Translations under genes and position numbers: made by a program | From: Bacteroidia bacterium | Lineage (GTDB): Bacteria > Bacteroidota > Bacteroidia > UKL13-3 | Reading direction: 5' to 3' | Length of the DNA: 64,000 nucleotides | NCBI GenBank assembly: GCA_014376805.1 | Contig: JACMQU010000117.1 | Span: 102,144-166,143, forward strand | The notes under the pieces: generated by a model | What the model was told of the DNA's origin: nothing | Databases searched by the model: none | The model's input: only the letters and a program-made list of their open reading frames with translations | Part shown: positions 47,113 to 57,092 of the stretch, one piece after another | Layout: every line of letters begins with the position of its first letter | How positions within the stretch are numbered: position 1 is the first letter of the stretch

Positions 47113-47880
47113 AATGACTTGGTTTTTACAGTAGAGAGTTTTAATGATTTGGGGTTGTTAGCACCTGTAATTTAATGACATTATTGAGTTGCCATAATTC
47201 TGATAGGGTGTGGGAATAAAACGCTTTAACTATAATGCCTTGCATCGCATTTTAAACCGCAATGCGCAATGTTGCAATAGTTAGGCTTTGCACTATAGTT
47301 ATTGTCCACACTATTTCATTTTGAGCCATAAAATTTAGCATATAAAAGTTAGGTGCTTAAGATTTATGGAACAATTTTGCGTTATTTTTATCTGCCTTTT
47401 CGATTTAAAATCAACTTGCGTTTGCATGGATCAGCTGGATTTTTATGGATCCTAAAAATACACACAAAAACAAATATTTACAATTATTTTAAAAGCTTCT
47501 AATTGCTGATATAGCATTAATATAAAACTTAATCGTTATCTGTTATTTAATAGAAAGGATGCTGATTGGAGAAGATAATGATGGAAGTTTGCATATTAAT
47601 TTTACCACAAAAGTAACCAGGTTTAACAAGTCTTCACAGACTGCTCTTAATGAAGTTGGAACTTTCTATGGAAAGTTAAAGATTGGCATTTACTGTAAGT
47701 TAAAAAAAATATAGCCACTTTGTGTAACTTTTTCATTAAATTTAGCAGATTAATTAACTTTTATTTTTCGGTTCAGGGCAAAAATACATGCGCTAAACTA
47801 TTCTTAATAAAAGTAAAAAGATATTATCATATTGTTTTCTTTTAATGTAATTTGCACCATAAATTTTCCGGGCCCTATTA

Positions 47881-48903
47881 ATGAGCGCATTCAGTTTTTT
47901 AACACAAGATTTAGCTATTGACTTAGGTACAGCCAATACGCTGATTATACATAAAGACCAGGTTGTAGTAGATGAACCATCTATTATTGCGGTTAACCGC
48001 CGCAATGGCAATGTTATAGCTGTGGGCAGTCAGGCACAGCAAATGCATGGTAAGGTGCATGAAGACATTAAAACGATCCGACCCCTGAAAGATGGTGTAA
48101 TTGCCGATTTTCAGGCTGCTGAACACATGATAAGAGGTATGATTAATATGATCCCTCAAACCAATAAGTTCATTAAACCGCAGCAACGTATGGTAATTTG
48201 TATCCCTTCAGGCATTACCGAAGTGGAGAAACGGGCAGTAAAAGACAGTGCCGAACGTGCAGGAGCTAAAGAGGTATATTTAATCCATGAACCTATGGCC
48301 GCTGCCATAGGAATTGGTATTGATGTATTTGAACCTATGGGTAATATGATAATTGATATTGGTGGCGGAACAACCGAAATTGCAGTTATTGCGTTAGCGG
48401 GCATTGTTTGTGATCAGTCGATACGTGTTGCGGGTGATGAATTTACAGAAGATATTCTTGATTACATGCGCCGCCAGCACAACCTGCTCGTAGGCGAACG
48501 TACAGCAGAAAGAATTAAGATTGAAGTTGGATCAGCTTTGCCCGAACTTGACAATCCTCCACCCGATTATGCCGTAAATGGCAGGGATTTGATGACAGGC
48601 ATACCAAAACAGATTACAGTAAGTTACGGCGAAATAGCATCTGCCCTAGATAAATCCATTTCTAAAATTGAAGAAGCAATTTTGCGCGCTTTAGAATTAA
48701 CCCCACCTGAATTGTCGGCAGATATTTACTCTACCGGTCTTTATTTAACTGGTGGTGGTGCCTTGTTGCGCGGTTTGGATAAGCGCATTGCTACTAAAAC
48801 AAAGCTACCTGTGCATGTAGCAGAAGACCCTTTACGTGCAGTTGTAAGAGGCACCGGAATGGCATTAAAAAACCTTAAGAATCACAAGTTTTTAATGACA
48901 TGA
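47881..48903 (+). CDS. mreB: Rod-shape-determining actin homologue MreB
   Basis: DLAIDLGTANTLI, IDIGGGTTEIAVI and LTGGGALLRGLD are present, and mreC/mreD follow. Confidence 0.95.
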   Translation: MSAFSFLTQDLAIDLGTANTLIIHKDQVVVDEPSIIAVNRRNGNVIAVGSQAQQMHGKVHEDIKTIRPLKDGVIADFQAAEHMIRGMINMIPQTNKFIKPQQRMVICIPSGITEVEKRAVKDSAERAGAKEVYLIHEPMAAAIGIGIDVFEPMGNMIIDIGGGTTEIAVIALAGIVCDQSIRVAGDEFTEDILDYMRRQHNLLVGERTAERIKIEVGSALPELDNPPPDYAVNGRDLMTGIPKQITVSYGEIASALDKSISKIEEAILRALELTPPELSADIYSTGLYLTGGGALLRGLDKRIATKTKLPVHVAEDPLRAVVRGTGMALKNLKNHKFLMT

Positions 48904-48989
48904 CTATAGAAAACGGGCTGAACCATGCAAATTGGCTCAATCAATGTTTGTATAATTTTTAAGAATAAAAAGTACCCATTGAAGCAAGT

Positions 48990-49823
48990 ATGAGAAATCT
49001 GATCTTTTTTTTATACAAATATTACACCTTTCTACTCTTCTTTTCTCTTGAGTTGTTTTCTTTTGTTATTTTATATCAATACAACAACTACCAACGGGCA
49101 AGTTTTTTAAACTACACCGGAGCCGTAGCAAGTGGTTTTTATCAGACCGTAAATAACACTACTAATTATTTTAGTTTGCGTAATATTAACGACAGTTTAA
49201 TGGCAGAAAATGCGCGGTTGCGTGCACAGATGTTAAATGCTTACTACCAGAGTGGGTTCACTCAAACTTCTATTAACGATACAGTTTATAAACAGCAATA
49301 TGATTATATACCTGCCAATGTGGTAAATAATTCTATAACCAAACGAAACAATTACATTACCATAGATAAAGGGTCACTGGCAGGTATTAAAAGCGATATG
49401 GGCGTGATAGGCAGCAATGGGGTGGTTGGGATTGTAACAAGTGTGTCGGATCATTATGCAACGATACGATCTGCTTTAAACAGTAATACCAAAATTAGTT
49501 GTATGCTTAAAAAGAATAATGCATTCGGATCACTTGAATGGAACGGGGATGACCCTAAGTTTTCATCTCTAAAATATGTTAATAAACATGTTCCACTCAC
49601 CTTAAATGATGAAGTGGTAACAAGTAATTATTCTACCCTGTTTCCTGAAGGAATTTCTGTAGGCAAAGTTTACTCCCATTCACTGGATGCGGGAGATAAT
49701 TTTCATTTGATTAAAGTAGAATTGTTTACTGACTTTGCAACACTTAAAAGCGTTTACGTAATCAGAAATATTTTAAAAGATGAACAAAAACAACTGGAGG
49801 GTGCTTTAAAAAGTGATAATTGA
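48990..49823 (+). CDS. mreC: Rod-shape-determining protein MreC
   Basis: An N-terminal TM helix and coiled coil (ENARLRAQ) are followed by beta domains (GVIGSNGVVGIVTSVSDHYA). The gene sits between mreB and mreD. Confidence 0.85.
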   Translation: MRNLIFFLYKYYTFLLFFSLELFSFVILYQYNNYQRASFLNYTGAVASGFYQTVNNTTNYFSLRNINDSLMAENARLRAQMLNAYYQSGFTQTSINDTVYKQQYDYIPANVVNNSITKRNNYITIDKGSLAGIKSDMGVIGSNGVVGIVTSVSDHYATIRSALNSNTKISCMLKKNNAFGSLEWNGDDPKFSSLKYVNKHVPLTLNDEVVTSNYSTLFPEGISVGKVYSHSLDAGDNFHLIKVELFTDFATLKSVYVIRNILKDEQKQLEGALKSDN

Positions 49824-50340
49824 TCTTTTTACATACCTGTTCAGATTTATTCTGATTGTGCTGTTTCAATTATTGGTGATCAATAATATTGAACTCAGTA
49901 CCTATATTAATCCATACATATATATTGTATTTATTTTAACCTTGCCGGTAGATATGAAACCCTGGCTGGTAGTACTAATATCTTTCTTTACCGGAATGGT
50001 AATGGATACTTTTAGCAGCACACCGGGCTTACATATGGCCTCCTGTGTTTTTATGGGATATGTTCGTATTTTTTATTTGCGATTTGCAACAAGTAAAGAA
50101 GATTTTTCGGGAAGCATAAAACCCACCGTATCCCGCAAAGGAGTGGTTTGGTTTCTGGTATATGCTACAATGCTTACTTTTTTACATCACCTTGTTCTTT
50201 TCTATTTGGAAATTTATGGGTTTAATGAATTTTTCAGAACGCTAACCCGGATCATATTCAGCACAGTTTTTAGTGTGTTGTTAATTACTGTTGGTCAGTT
50301 GTTGTTTTATCGTGTAGCCAAAGTAAACCGCAATGAATAA
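49813..50340 (+). CDS. mreD: Rod-shape-determining protein MreD
   Basis: This is a small polytopic membrane protein. It overlaps the mreC end by 11 nt and the mrdA start by 8 nt. Confidence 0.75.
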   Translation: MIIDLFTYLFRFILIVLFQLLVINNIELSTYINPYIYIVFILTLPVDMKPWLVVLISFFTGMVMDTFSSTPGLHMASCVFMGYVRIFYLRFATSKEDFSGSIKPTVSRKGVVWFLVYATMLTFLHHLVLFYLEIYGFNEFFRTLTRIIFSTVFSVLLITVGQLLFYRVAKVNRNE

Positions 50341-52174
50341 TTTTGGAAAGCAACGGGTACTGCTTATCATATTTATAAGTGTTGCATTGATTTATATAGC
50401 ACGCTTATTTTACCTGCAGGTAGTTGATGATAGTTATGTTTATTTTGCTCAGAGTAATGTATTACAAGAGCAAACCATATACCCTGCACGTGGCTTAATT
50501 TATGACCGTAATGGCGAACTGCTGGTTTATAATGACGCAATTTATGACCTTTCGGTAATTCCGGAGCAGATAAAAAATCTGGATACCTTTGCCTTTTGTA
50601 AAGTACTGAATATTACTAAAGAAGAATTTATTTCAACTTTTGCCAGACTTAGGCGGCAGAAGGGTTACAGCCCTTGGAAGCCAATTGTATTTCAGCGTCA
50701 GATAACAATTCCAACATATGCCGCTTTCCAGGAAAGACTATATGATTTTCAGGGTTTTTTTCCGGAAGTAAGAACTGACAGAAAATACAAGCATAGCAAT
50801 GCCGCGCATGTTATGGGTTATATTGGTGAGGTAACTGATAAAGATATCGATAAAAGTGATGGCTATTATCGCATGGGTGATTTTATTGGTATTAGCGGGG
50901 TTGAACGCATATATGAAAAAGATCTCGGTGGGATAAAAGGTACCCGATATGTTTTAGTAGACAGTAAGAACCGTACACAAGGCAGGTATAAAAAAGGAGA
51001 GTTTGATACCCCTGCAGTTGCCGGTAGGAATATTAACCTTAGTATTGACCAGCAATTACAGGCACTGGGGGAAGAATTGATGGTTAATAAAATAGGTAGT
51101 GTTGTTGCTATTGAACCGAGAACAGGTGAGGTTCTGGCGTTGGTTAGCAGCCCTACGTATGATCCGAACTTATTAGTTGGAAGAGACCGGGGTAACAAAT
51201 ACATGGAATTACTAAGAGATAAAGATAAGCCTTTGTTTAACCGAACCATTTCTGCACCTTATCCTCCAGGTTCTATTTTTAAAGTAATTATGAGTTTAAT
51301 GGGCCAGCAGGAGCAGGTGTTAACGCCTGCAACAACCTATGGGTGTCATCGTGGTTATTTGTTTGTAGGTTGTCATCCACACAATTCTCCTTTAGCACTA
51401 AGAGGAGCCATAGCAGTAAGTTGTAATGCCTATTTTTGTCAGGTTTACCGAAGTATGATTAATAACCCTAAATATAAACATGTGGAGGATGCTTATAATG
51501 CATTTTATAACAATGTTTACAGTTTTGGTATGGGACATCCTCTTGGGATAGATCTTTATGGTGAAGGCCCCGGGGTTTTGAAAAAGGCTACATACTTTGA
51601 TAAATTGTATGGCCGTTACCACTGGCAGGCACTTACCACTTTATCTATGGGTATTGGTCAGGGAGAGCTTGGAATAACTCCGCTACAAATGGCAAATGCA
51701 ACCGCTGCGGTAGCTAACAGAGGATATTATATTACACCGCATATTGTTAAAAAAATAAATAACAAAGCTAATCCGAATCCTGAGTATAATAAGAAACACT
51801 GGACCACTATTGATACTTCTTATTTTGGTATTGTAATAGATGGCATGCAGGATGTTGTAGAACATGGTACAGCATATGTGGCAAGAATTCCGGGCATTGA
51901 GGTTTGCGGTAAAACAGGTACTGCACAGAATCCACATGGAAAAGATCACTCCATCTTTTTTGCATTTGCGCCCAGGGTTAATCCTAAAATAGCCATTGCA
52001 GTAGTGGTTGAAAATGCTGGCTTTGGTGCCACATGGGCTGCACCTATTGCGAGCTTAATGATGGAACAGTATCTTACCGGCCGGCATGATACCCGTAAGT
52101 ATATATATGAGCGGATGATAAAAGGTAACTTAACACATAAAAATGACACAGCAACAGCTACCAAAACCAAGTAG
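50333..52174 (+). CDS. mrdA: Penicillin-binding protein 2 (elongasome transpeptidase)
   Basis: The transpeptidase motifs are SxxK (PGSIFKV), SxN (VSCNAY) and KTGT (CGKTGTA). An N-terminal TM anchor is present. Confidence 0.9.
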   Translation: MNNFGKQRVLLIIFISVALIYIARLFYLQVVDDSYVYFAQSNVLQEQTIYPARGLIYDRNGELLVYNDAIYDLSVIPEQIKNLDTFAFCKVLNITKEEFISTFARLRRQKGYSPWKPIVFQRQITIPTYAAFQERLYDFQGFFPEVRTDRKYKHSNAAHVMGYIGEVTDKDIDKSDGYYRMGDFIGISGVERIYEKDLGGIKGTRYVLVDSKNRTQGRYKKGEFDTPAVAGRNINLSIDQQLQALGEELMVNKIGSVVAIEPRTGEVLALVSSPTYDPNLLVGRDRGNKYMELLRDKDKPLFNRTISAPYPPGSIFKVIMSLMGQQEQVLTPATTYGCHRGYLFVGCHPHNSPLALRGAIAVSCNAYFCQVYRSMINNPKYKHVEDAYNAFYNNVYSFGMGHPLGIDLYGEGPGVLKKATYFDKLYGRYHWQALTTLSMGIGQGELGITPLQMANATAAVANRGYYITPHIVKKINNKANPNPEYNKKHWTTIDTSYFGIVIDGMQDVVEHGTAYVARIPGIEVCGKTGTAQNPHGKDHSIFFAFAPRVNPKIAIAVVVENAGFGATWAAPIASLMMEQYLTGRHDTRKYIYERMIKGNLTHKNDTATATKTK

Positions 52175-53423
52175 AATTGACTGGCTTACTTTATTGCTCT
52201 ACTATATTTTTGTAGTGGCAGGATTGTTATGTGTTTATGCTTCTGTTTATAAAGAAACCAACCCAATGATCTGGGATACCAATATGAATTATGGTAAGCA
52301 ATTAATCTGGATTGGCATATCAACCACAATTGGATTGATGATTTTACTTGTTGATGAAAAATTCTTTTATGCATTTGCTTATCCAATTTATGTAATAACC
52401 ATTGTATTACTTATATTGGTATTGTTTGCAGGTACCACTGTAAAAGGCTCCTCTTCCTGGATAGAATTAGGAGGATTTAGAGTACAGCCTGCCGAATTTG
52501 CAAAGTTTGGAACGGCACTGGCATTAGCCAGATTTCTGAGTGGTTATAATGTAAATTTTGAAAAGGATCGTAAGATTCAACTGCTAAGTTCTGCCATTAT
52601 TATATTGCCTATGGTGATAATTTTGCTGCAAAATGAAACAGGTTCTACGTTGGTTTTTACAGCATTTATTTTCGTGCTTTTTCGGGAGGGCTTACCTGGT
52701 TGGATCTTGTTTGCAGGATTCTTACTGGCAATTCTGGCGGTGCTGGCATTGCTCATAAAACCGCTCTATATAATTATTGGCCTGGTTGTTTTGGCAGCCT
52801 TGTTTCTGTTTTTGGTAAAACGCACCAGGTATCTTATCCTCATAACCTTGGTAGTGGTGGTTATTTCGGGCTTTATGGTAAGCAGTATTGATTATGTTTT
52901 TGAGAACGTTATGCAGGCACATCAGCGAACAAGGATTAATGTATTATTAGGAAAGGAAGTGGATATAAAAGGAGCCGGTTATAATGTGCAGCAATCAAAA
53001 ATTGCTATTGGTAGTGGTGGATTATGGGGTAAAGGTTTTTTACAGGGCACACAAAATAAATTCAGGTTTGTACCTGAGCAAAGCACCGACTTTATTTTTT
53101 GTACTATAGGCGAAGAATATGGATTTGCCGGTTCAGTTTTGTTCATCTTTCTCTATATACTTTTGCTATGGCGTTTATTGAAAATGGCCGAAAGACAGCG
53201 ACAAAAATTTAATCGTATTTATGGCTATAGTGTAGTATGTATTCTATTCTTCCATTTTGTAATTAATGTGGGTATGACACTAGGGCTAATGCCGGTAATA
53301 GGAATTCCTTTGCCTTTCTTTAGCTATGGAGGCTCAGCCTTACTGAGTTTTACTATTTTGCTTTTTATCTTTATCAGGCTTGATGCAAACCGGGTGAATG
53401 AATTGCACAGTTCGCTGGAGTAG
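52143..53423 (+). CDS. rodA: SEDS-family peptidoglycan polymerase RodA
   Basis: It is a polytopic FtsW/RodA-family protein (VQPAEFAK, PEQSTDFIF, PFFSYGGSALL). It overlaps the mrdA end by 32 nt. Confidence 0.88.
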   Translation: MTQQQLPKPSRIDWLTLLLYYIFVVAGLLCVYASVYKETNPMIWDTNMNYGKQLIWIGISTTIGLMILLVDEKFFYAFAYPIYVITIVLLILVLFAGTTVKGSSSWIELGGFRVQPAEFAKFGTALALARFLSGYNVNFEKDRKIQLLSSAIIILPMVIILLQNETGSTLVFTAFIFVLFREGLPGWILFAGFLLAILAVLALLIKPLYIIIGLVVLAALFLFLVKRTRYLILITLVVVVISGFMVSSIDYVFENVMQAHQRTRINVLLGKEVDIKGAGYNVQQSKIAIGSGGLWGKGFLQGTQNKFRFVPEQSTDFIFCTIGEEYGFAGSVLFIFLYILLLWRLLKMAERQRQKFNRIYGYSVVCILFFHFVINVGMTLGLMPVIGIPLPFFSYGGSALLSFTILLFIFIRLDANRVNELHSSLE

Positions 53424-53458
53424 AAATTGGATATAAGTACTACTCCAAAGGAGGTAAA

Positions 53459-54106
53459 TCAGACTTGTTTTACGCAAAGAATTTCGAGTAAAGAAAGGAA
53501 TTCATTTCTGGGTATTTCATAAGCCCCCATACTTTTTAAATGATTGGTAGACTGCTGGCAATCGATCAGGCGTATGTCATGTTTTAGACAATGCAGACAC
53601 CAATAAATTAATGCGGCCTTACTTGCATTGCTTTCTTTGCTGAACATACTTTCTCCAAAAAACACTTTACCTATCATTACACCGTATAAACCACCAACAA
53701 GTACTTCATTATTCCACACCTCTACAGAATGGGCATAACCCAATTTATGTAATGCCTGGTATGCCTGCTGAATTTCTGGTGTAATCCAGGTTCCTTCTTT
53801 TAATAATCGGTTGTTTCGGCATTCAAAAATTACCTGTTCAAAAGCTTTGTTAACAGTAAACTGAAATACCTGTTTTTTAAAAAGTTGCTTCATGCTTTTG
53901 CTGATCACAACTTCTTTTGGTATCAGGATCAACCTTGGGTCGGGACTCCACCACATAATCGGATCATCGTCACTATACCAGGGGAAAAGTCCCATGCTGT
54001 ATGCTTTAATTAAAGTTTCGGGTTCAAGGTCGGCACCCACTGCAACAAGGCCTTCTTCATCAGCTAAATTAGGGTCGGGGAAGTTAGAATTGAACAAGTA
54101 AAACAT
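53459..54106 (-). CDS. aat: Leucyl/phenylalanyl-tRNA--protein transferase
   Basis: GLFPWYS, WWSPDPR and GGLYGVMIGKVFFGESMFS are characteristic of this family. Confidence 0.88.
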   Translation of the reverse strand: MFYLFNSNFPDPNLADEEGLVAVGADLEPETLIKAYSMGLFPWYSDDDPIMWWSPDPRLILIPKEVVISKSMKQLFKKQVFQFTVNKAFEQVIFECRNNRLLKEGTWITPEIQQAYQALHKLGYAHSVEVWNNEVLVGGLYGVMIGKVFFGESMFSKESNASKAALIYWCLHCLKHDIRLIDCQQSTNHLKSMGAYEIPRNEFLSLLEILCVKQV

Positions 54107-54153
54107 ACATACGAATATACTTAAATCAATAAAAAAAATACTATTATTGAAAC

Positions 54154-54375
54154 ATGCAGCATGATCCTCAACTTTTACTCAGCCTTGTTAAAACACAAAT
54201 GCCTTATGGTAAATATAAGGGCACAATTTTATATAAGCTACCTGTATTCTACCTTGAATGGTATAAAAGAACAGGCTTCCCAAAAGGTAAACTGGGTATG
54301 CAACTTGAAACTGTTTTTGAAATAAAATTAAATGGCCTTGAAGAAATATTTACCGGCCTTTTAAAGATATCATAA
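54154..54375 (+). CDS. DUF3820-family small protein
   Basis: MPYGKYKGTILYKLPVFYLEWYKRTGFPKGKLG matches my recollection of the DUF3820 signature. Confidence 0.6.
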   Translation: MQHDPQLLLSLVKTQMPYGKYKGTILYKLPVFYLEWYKRTGFPKGKLGMQLETVFEIKLNGLEEIFTGLLKIS

Positions 54376-54396
54376 ACTCGGTGAAAACCTTATTGA

Positions 54397-55644
54397 TCAG
54401 TTACCTGTTTTGTTTTTAGCTTCTATCCATTTAGACATATATTTTGTGCTATTCAGCAGGTGATGTACTAACATAGAACCGGTAAAATTAGATAGTCTGT
54501 GTGCATCACAATTACTTAATAAAGTTTTTATATGCTGCATAAAATGTTGGTGAAACAATAACTTATCAAACCTTGAATTAATAACCTGTAAACCTTTTGC
54601 CTGTGCCTTTTGCCATAACTTTTTATCGGAGTACAGTTTTATTGCTGCAGTAGCAAAATCAATAGCAGTATCTGCAATGTAATTTTTATTGTCTTGTTCG
54701 CCATTAATTCCTTCTGAACCTATTGTTGTAGTTATGTAAGGCGTGCCACATTGCATGCTTTCAATCAATTTACCTTTTAATCCGGCACCAATTCTTAAAG
54801 GTGCTAAACTTATTTTAGCCTGCTCCACTACAGCCTTTGCATCACCAACACGACCCATTACAAAAAAGCCCTGTTGAGGTTTATTAAGTTCCAGTATTTT
54901 TTGTGAAGGATAAGCACCATACACATGAAGTTGATCTGTTGGTAAGGTTTCCCGGATTATTGGCCATACTTCTTTTTTTAAAAACATTACTGCATCAACA
55001 TTTGGTTCATGCAAAAAATTGCCTATAAAAATAAAGTGATTTCTTTCTTCAAAGGAAGCATACTTTTTTGTTTTTACTTTAGTTATGGGTTCAACTAACA
55101 AAGGTAAATAATAAAGCAATGTAGAAGAAACATTATACACATCGTGCAATAATTTCATTTCATATTCAGAGATAATCAAAGAACAATCGCACCGCCATAT
55201 ACTTGCTATTTCGCGTTTGGCCAAATCAGAAAACAAGTCTGTTTGAACCAGGAGTCGTTTTTCTTTAGCAGCAACCTGCCGAGCATGCCTTAAACAGTGA
55301 AGGTCTTCGGTATCTAATATACGCAAGGCATCCGGACATTGTTCGGCAACGCGCCATCCAAACTGTTCCTCCATCATAAAGCGATCGTACATTACTGCAG
55401 CCGGCATAAGGTTCAAAATAAATTCATCAAAACTTTTATTGTTTAGTTGAATAGCAATCTTGTTCACGCTAATAGATTCCAGATCAAACATGAAATTGCT
55501 GTTGGCGGCCGGACTGGCAAATGTTATTTCCCAATCATTATCCTTAAAGATTTCAATCAGTTGCATCATGCGTATGCCCGCTGCTGAAGATTTTGGTTCA
55601 GGCCATACATAGCCAATAATTAATAAGCGCCGGTTTTCAATCAT
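54397..55644 (-). CDS. Glycosyltransferase (GT-B fold, family 1/4-like)
   Basis: The N-terminal LLIIGYVWPEPKSSAAGIRM is followed by a C-terminal E-x7-E-like region (APLRIGAGLKGKLIESMQCGTPYITT). The ATG at 55644 is preferred over the TTG at 55704. Confidence 0.7.
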   Translation of the reverse strand: MIENRRLLIIGYVWPEPKSSAAGIRMMQLIEIFKDNDWEITFASPAANSNFMFDLESISVNKIAIQLNNKSFDEFILNLMPAAVMYDRFMMEEQFGWRVAEQCPDALRILDTEDLHCLRHARQVAAKEKRLLVQTDLFSDLAKREIASIWRCDCSLIISEYEMKLLHDVYNVSSTLLYYLPLLVEPITKVKTKKYASFEERNHFIFIGNFLHEPNVDAVMFLKKEVWPIIRETLPTDQLHVYGAYPSQKILELNKPQQGFFVMGRVGDAKAVVEQAKISLAPLRIGAGLKGKLIESMQCGTPYITTTIGSEGINGEQDNKNYIADTAIDFATAAIKLYSDKKLWQKAQAKGLQVINSRFDKLLFHQHFMQHIKTLLSNCDAHRLSNFTGSMLVHHLLNSTKYMSKWIEAKNKTGN

Positions 55645-55806
55645 TGTCTGCAAATTAAATGTTTTGAACCAAGCCTGCGTAATAATATGATCACATACTT
55701 CCAAATTTACCAGGATTTGCTTAAGCCGCGTTTCAATGAATACCCACGAATGGTTATGTGCTACTTAAATATATTTAGGTACTTTTGCACTTCTAAACAA
55801 AACTAA

Positions 55807-56388
55807 ATGTTAGGCTTAAAACTTGCTACCGACCCACGCTGGGTAAATATTGTTGAAACAAACATTGAAGAAATTCTGACAGACCATGCCTGGTGCGAAC
55901 AAAAGGCTGCTACTAATGCCATTACCATTATTACTCAAAACTCGGAACATGAAGATTTGGTGAGCGATTTATTAAGTATTGCAAAAGAAGAAATAGAACA
56001 TTTTGAAATGGTGCACAACCTGATTAAAAGCAGAGGTTTAAAACTGGGCAGAGAACGTAAAGATGAGTATGTAAATGAACTGGTAAAGTTTATGGAGAAA
56101 GGTGGTAGCCGCAAGTCGGCATTTGTTGATAGACTTTTATTTTCTGCAATGATTGAAGCAAGAAGTTGCGAACGTTTCAGGGTATTATCACTCAATATAA
56201 AAGATGAAGAACTGGCAAAATTTTATCATGAGTTAATGGTAAGTGAAGCCACACATTATACCACCTTTCTGGGCTACGCTAAAAAATATGGTGAAGGAAT
56301 TGACGTTGATAAACGCTGGAAAGAATGGATTGCATTTGAGAATTCCATCATAATTAAATACGGGAAGAGAGAAACGGTGCACGGGTAA
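55807..56388 (+). CDS. miaE: tRNA-(ms2io6A37)-hydroxylase
   Basis: The diiron four-helix-bundle pattern is present: DHAWCEQKAA, EEIEHFEMV, EARSCERF and SEATHY. Confidence 0.85.
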   Translation: MLGLKLATDPRWVNIVETNIEEILTDHAWCEQKAATNAITIITQNSEHEDLVSDLLSIAKEEIEHFEMVHNLIKSRGLKLGRERKDEYVNELVKFMEKGGSRKSAFVDRLLFSAMIEARSCERFRVLSLNIKDEELAKFYHELMVSEATHYTTFLGYAKKYGEGIDVDKRWKEWIAFENSIIIKYGKRETVHG

Positions 56389-56438
56389 ATAAATTATATA
56401 TGGTAATATTGGGTTGATTTTAATTTTGATAGCCTTCT

Positions 56439-57083
56439 ATGAATCAGAGCAAATATCGCAATGTTCAACTTCGCGCAACATGGTGGGATTATGGGAAAGC
56501 TGCTGCCTATTATATTACGATATGTACCCACAATAGAGAGAATTATTTTGGGGATATAATTGATGGCAAAATGGTATTATCTCCAATAGGAAAAATTGCA
56601 GATAGTTTATGGTATGAAATAAAAAACCATGCAAAAAATGTGTCATTAAATGAATTTGTGATAATGCCTAATCATATTCATGGTATTTTGGTTATTACAC
56701 AAAATGATGATTTTAATCAAAAAACGGATGGTATTGAAAATATCAATTCTGTTGATATTCGTGATGCAGATACAACGCATGCGTTTTATCTGCATCACGA
56801 ATATCATGAAATCACAGGTTTCGAATTTGATAAAAATGATTCATTTAATTACCGTTCGCGATTTCAAAACCAAGGTAAAAATACCTTGTCATCAATTATT
56901 GGTTCGTATAAATCTGCTGTATCAAAACATGCACATCAAAAAGGTTGTGTTTTTAAATGGCAATCAAGATTTTACGATCATATAATAAGAAATGAAACAC
57001 AATTTATATTTATTGAGGCATACATACAAAATAATCCTTCAAAATGGCATGAGGATAAATTAAATAATAAGACATACCGTTAA
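56439..57083 (+). CDS. IS200/RAYT-like Y1 (HUH) transposase homologue, solitary
   Basis: The HUH motif lies in MPNHIHGILVI. The N-terminal YYITICTHNRENYFG is present. A C-terminal Tyr-containing helix reads WQSRFYDHIIRNE. I saw no flanking inverted repeats or partner tnpB. Confidence 0.75.
   Translation: MNQSKYRNVQLRATWWDYGKAAAYYITICTHNRENYFGDIIDGKMVLSPIGKIADSLWYEIKNHAKNVSLNEFVIMPNHIHGILVITQNDDFNQKTDGIENINSVDIRDADTTHAFYLHHEYHEITGFEFDKNDSFNYRSRFQNQGKNTLSSIIGSYKSAVSKHAHQKGCVFKWQSRFYDHIIRNETQFIFIEAYIQNNPSKWHEDKLNNKTYR
56753..56806. repeat. 54-nt near-perfect palindrome (25 of 26 arm positions pair) embedded in frame in the RAYT-like CDS
   Basis: I paired TGATATTCGTGATGCAGATACAACGC-AT-GCGTTTTATCTGCATCACGAATATCA base by base. 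The single mismatch is 56773/56786. It encodes DIRDADTTHAFYLHHEYH, between the HUH and Tyr motifs. Confidence 0.9.
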
Positions 57084-57092
57084 AATAAATAC

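Noticed and set aside
56680-56985. A 101-aa ORF in an alternative frame of the RAYT-like gene
   Set aside because: It overlaps the HUH/Tyr-motif frame completely and has a low-complexity I/K/L-rich translation. The motif-bearing frame is the real one.
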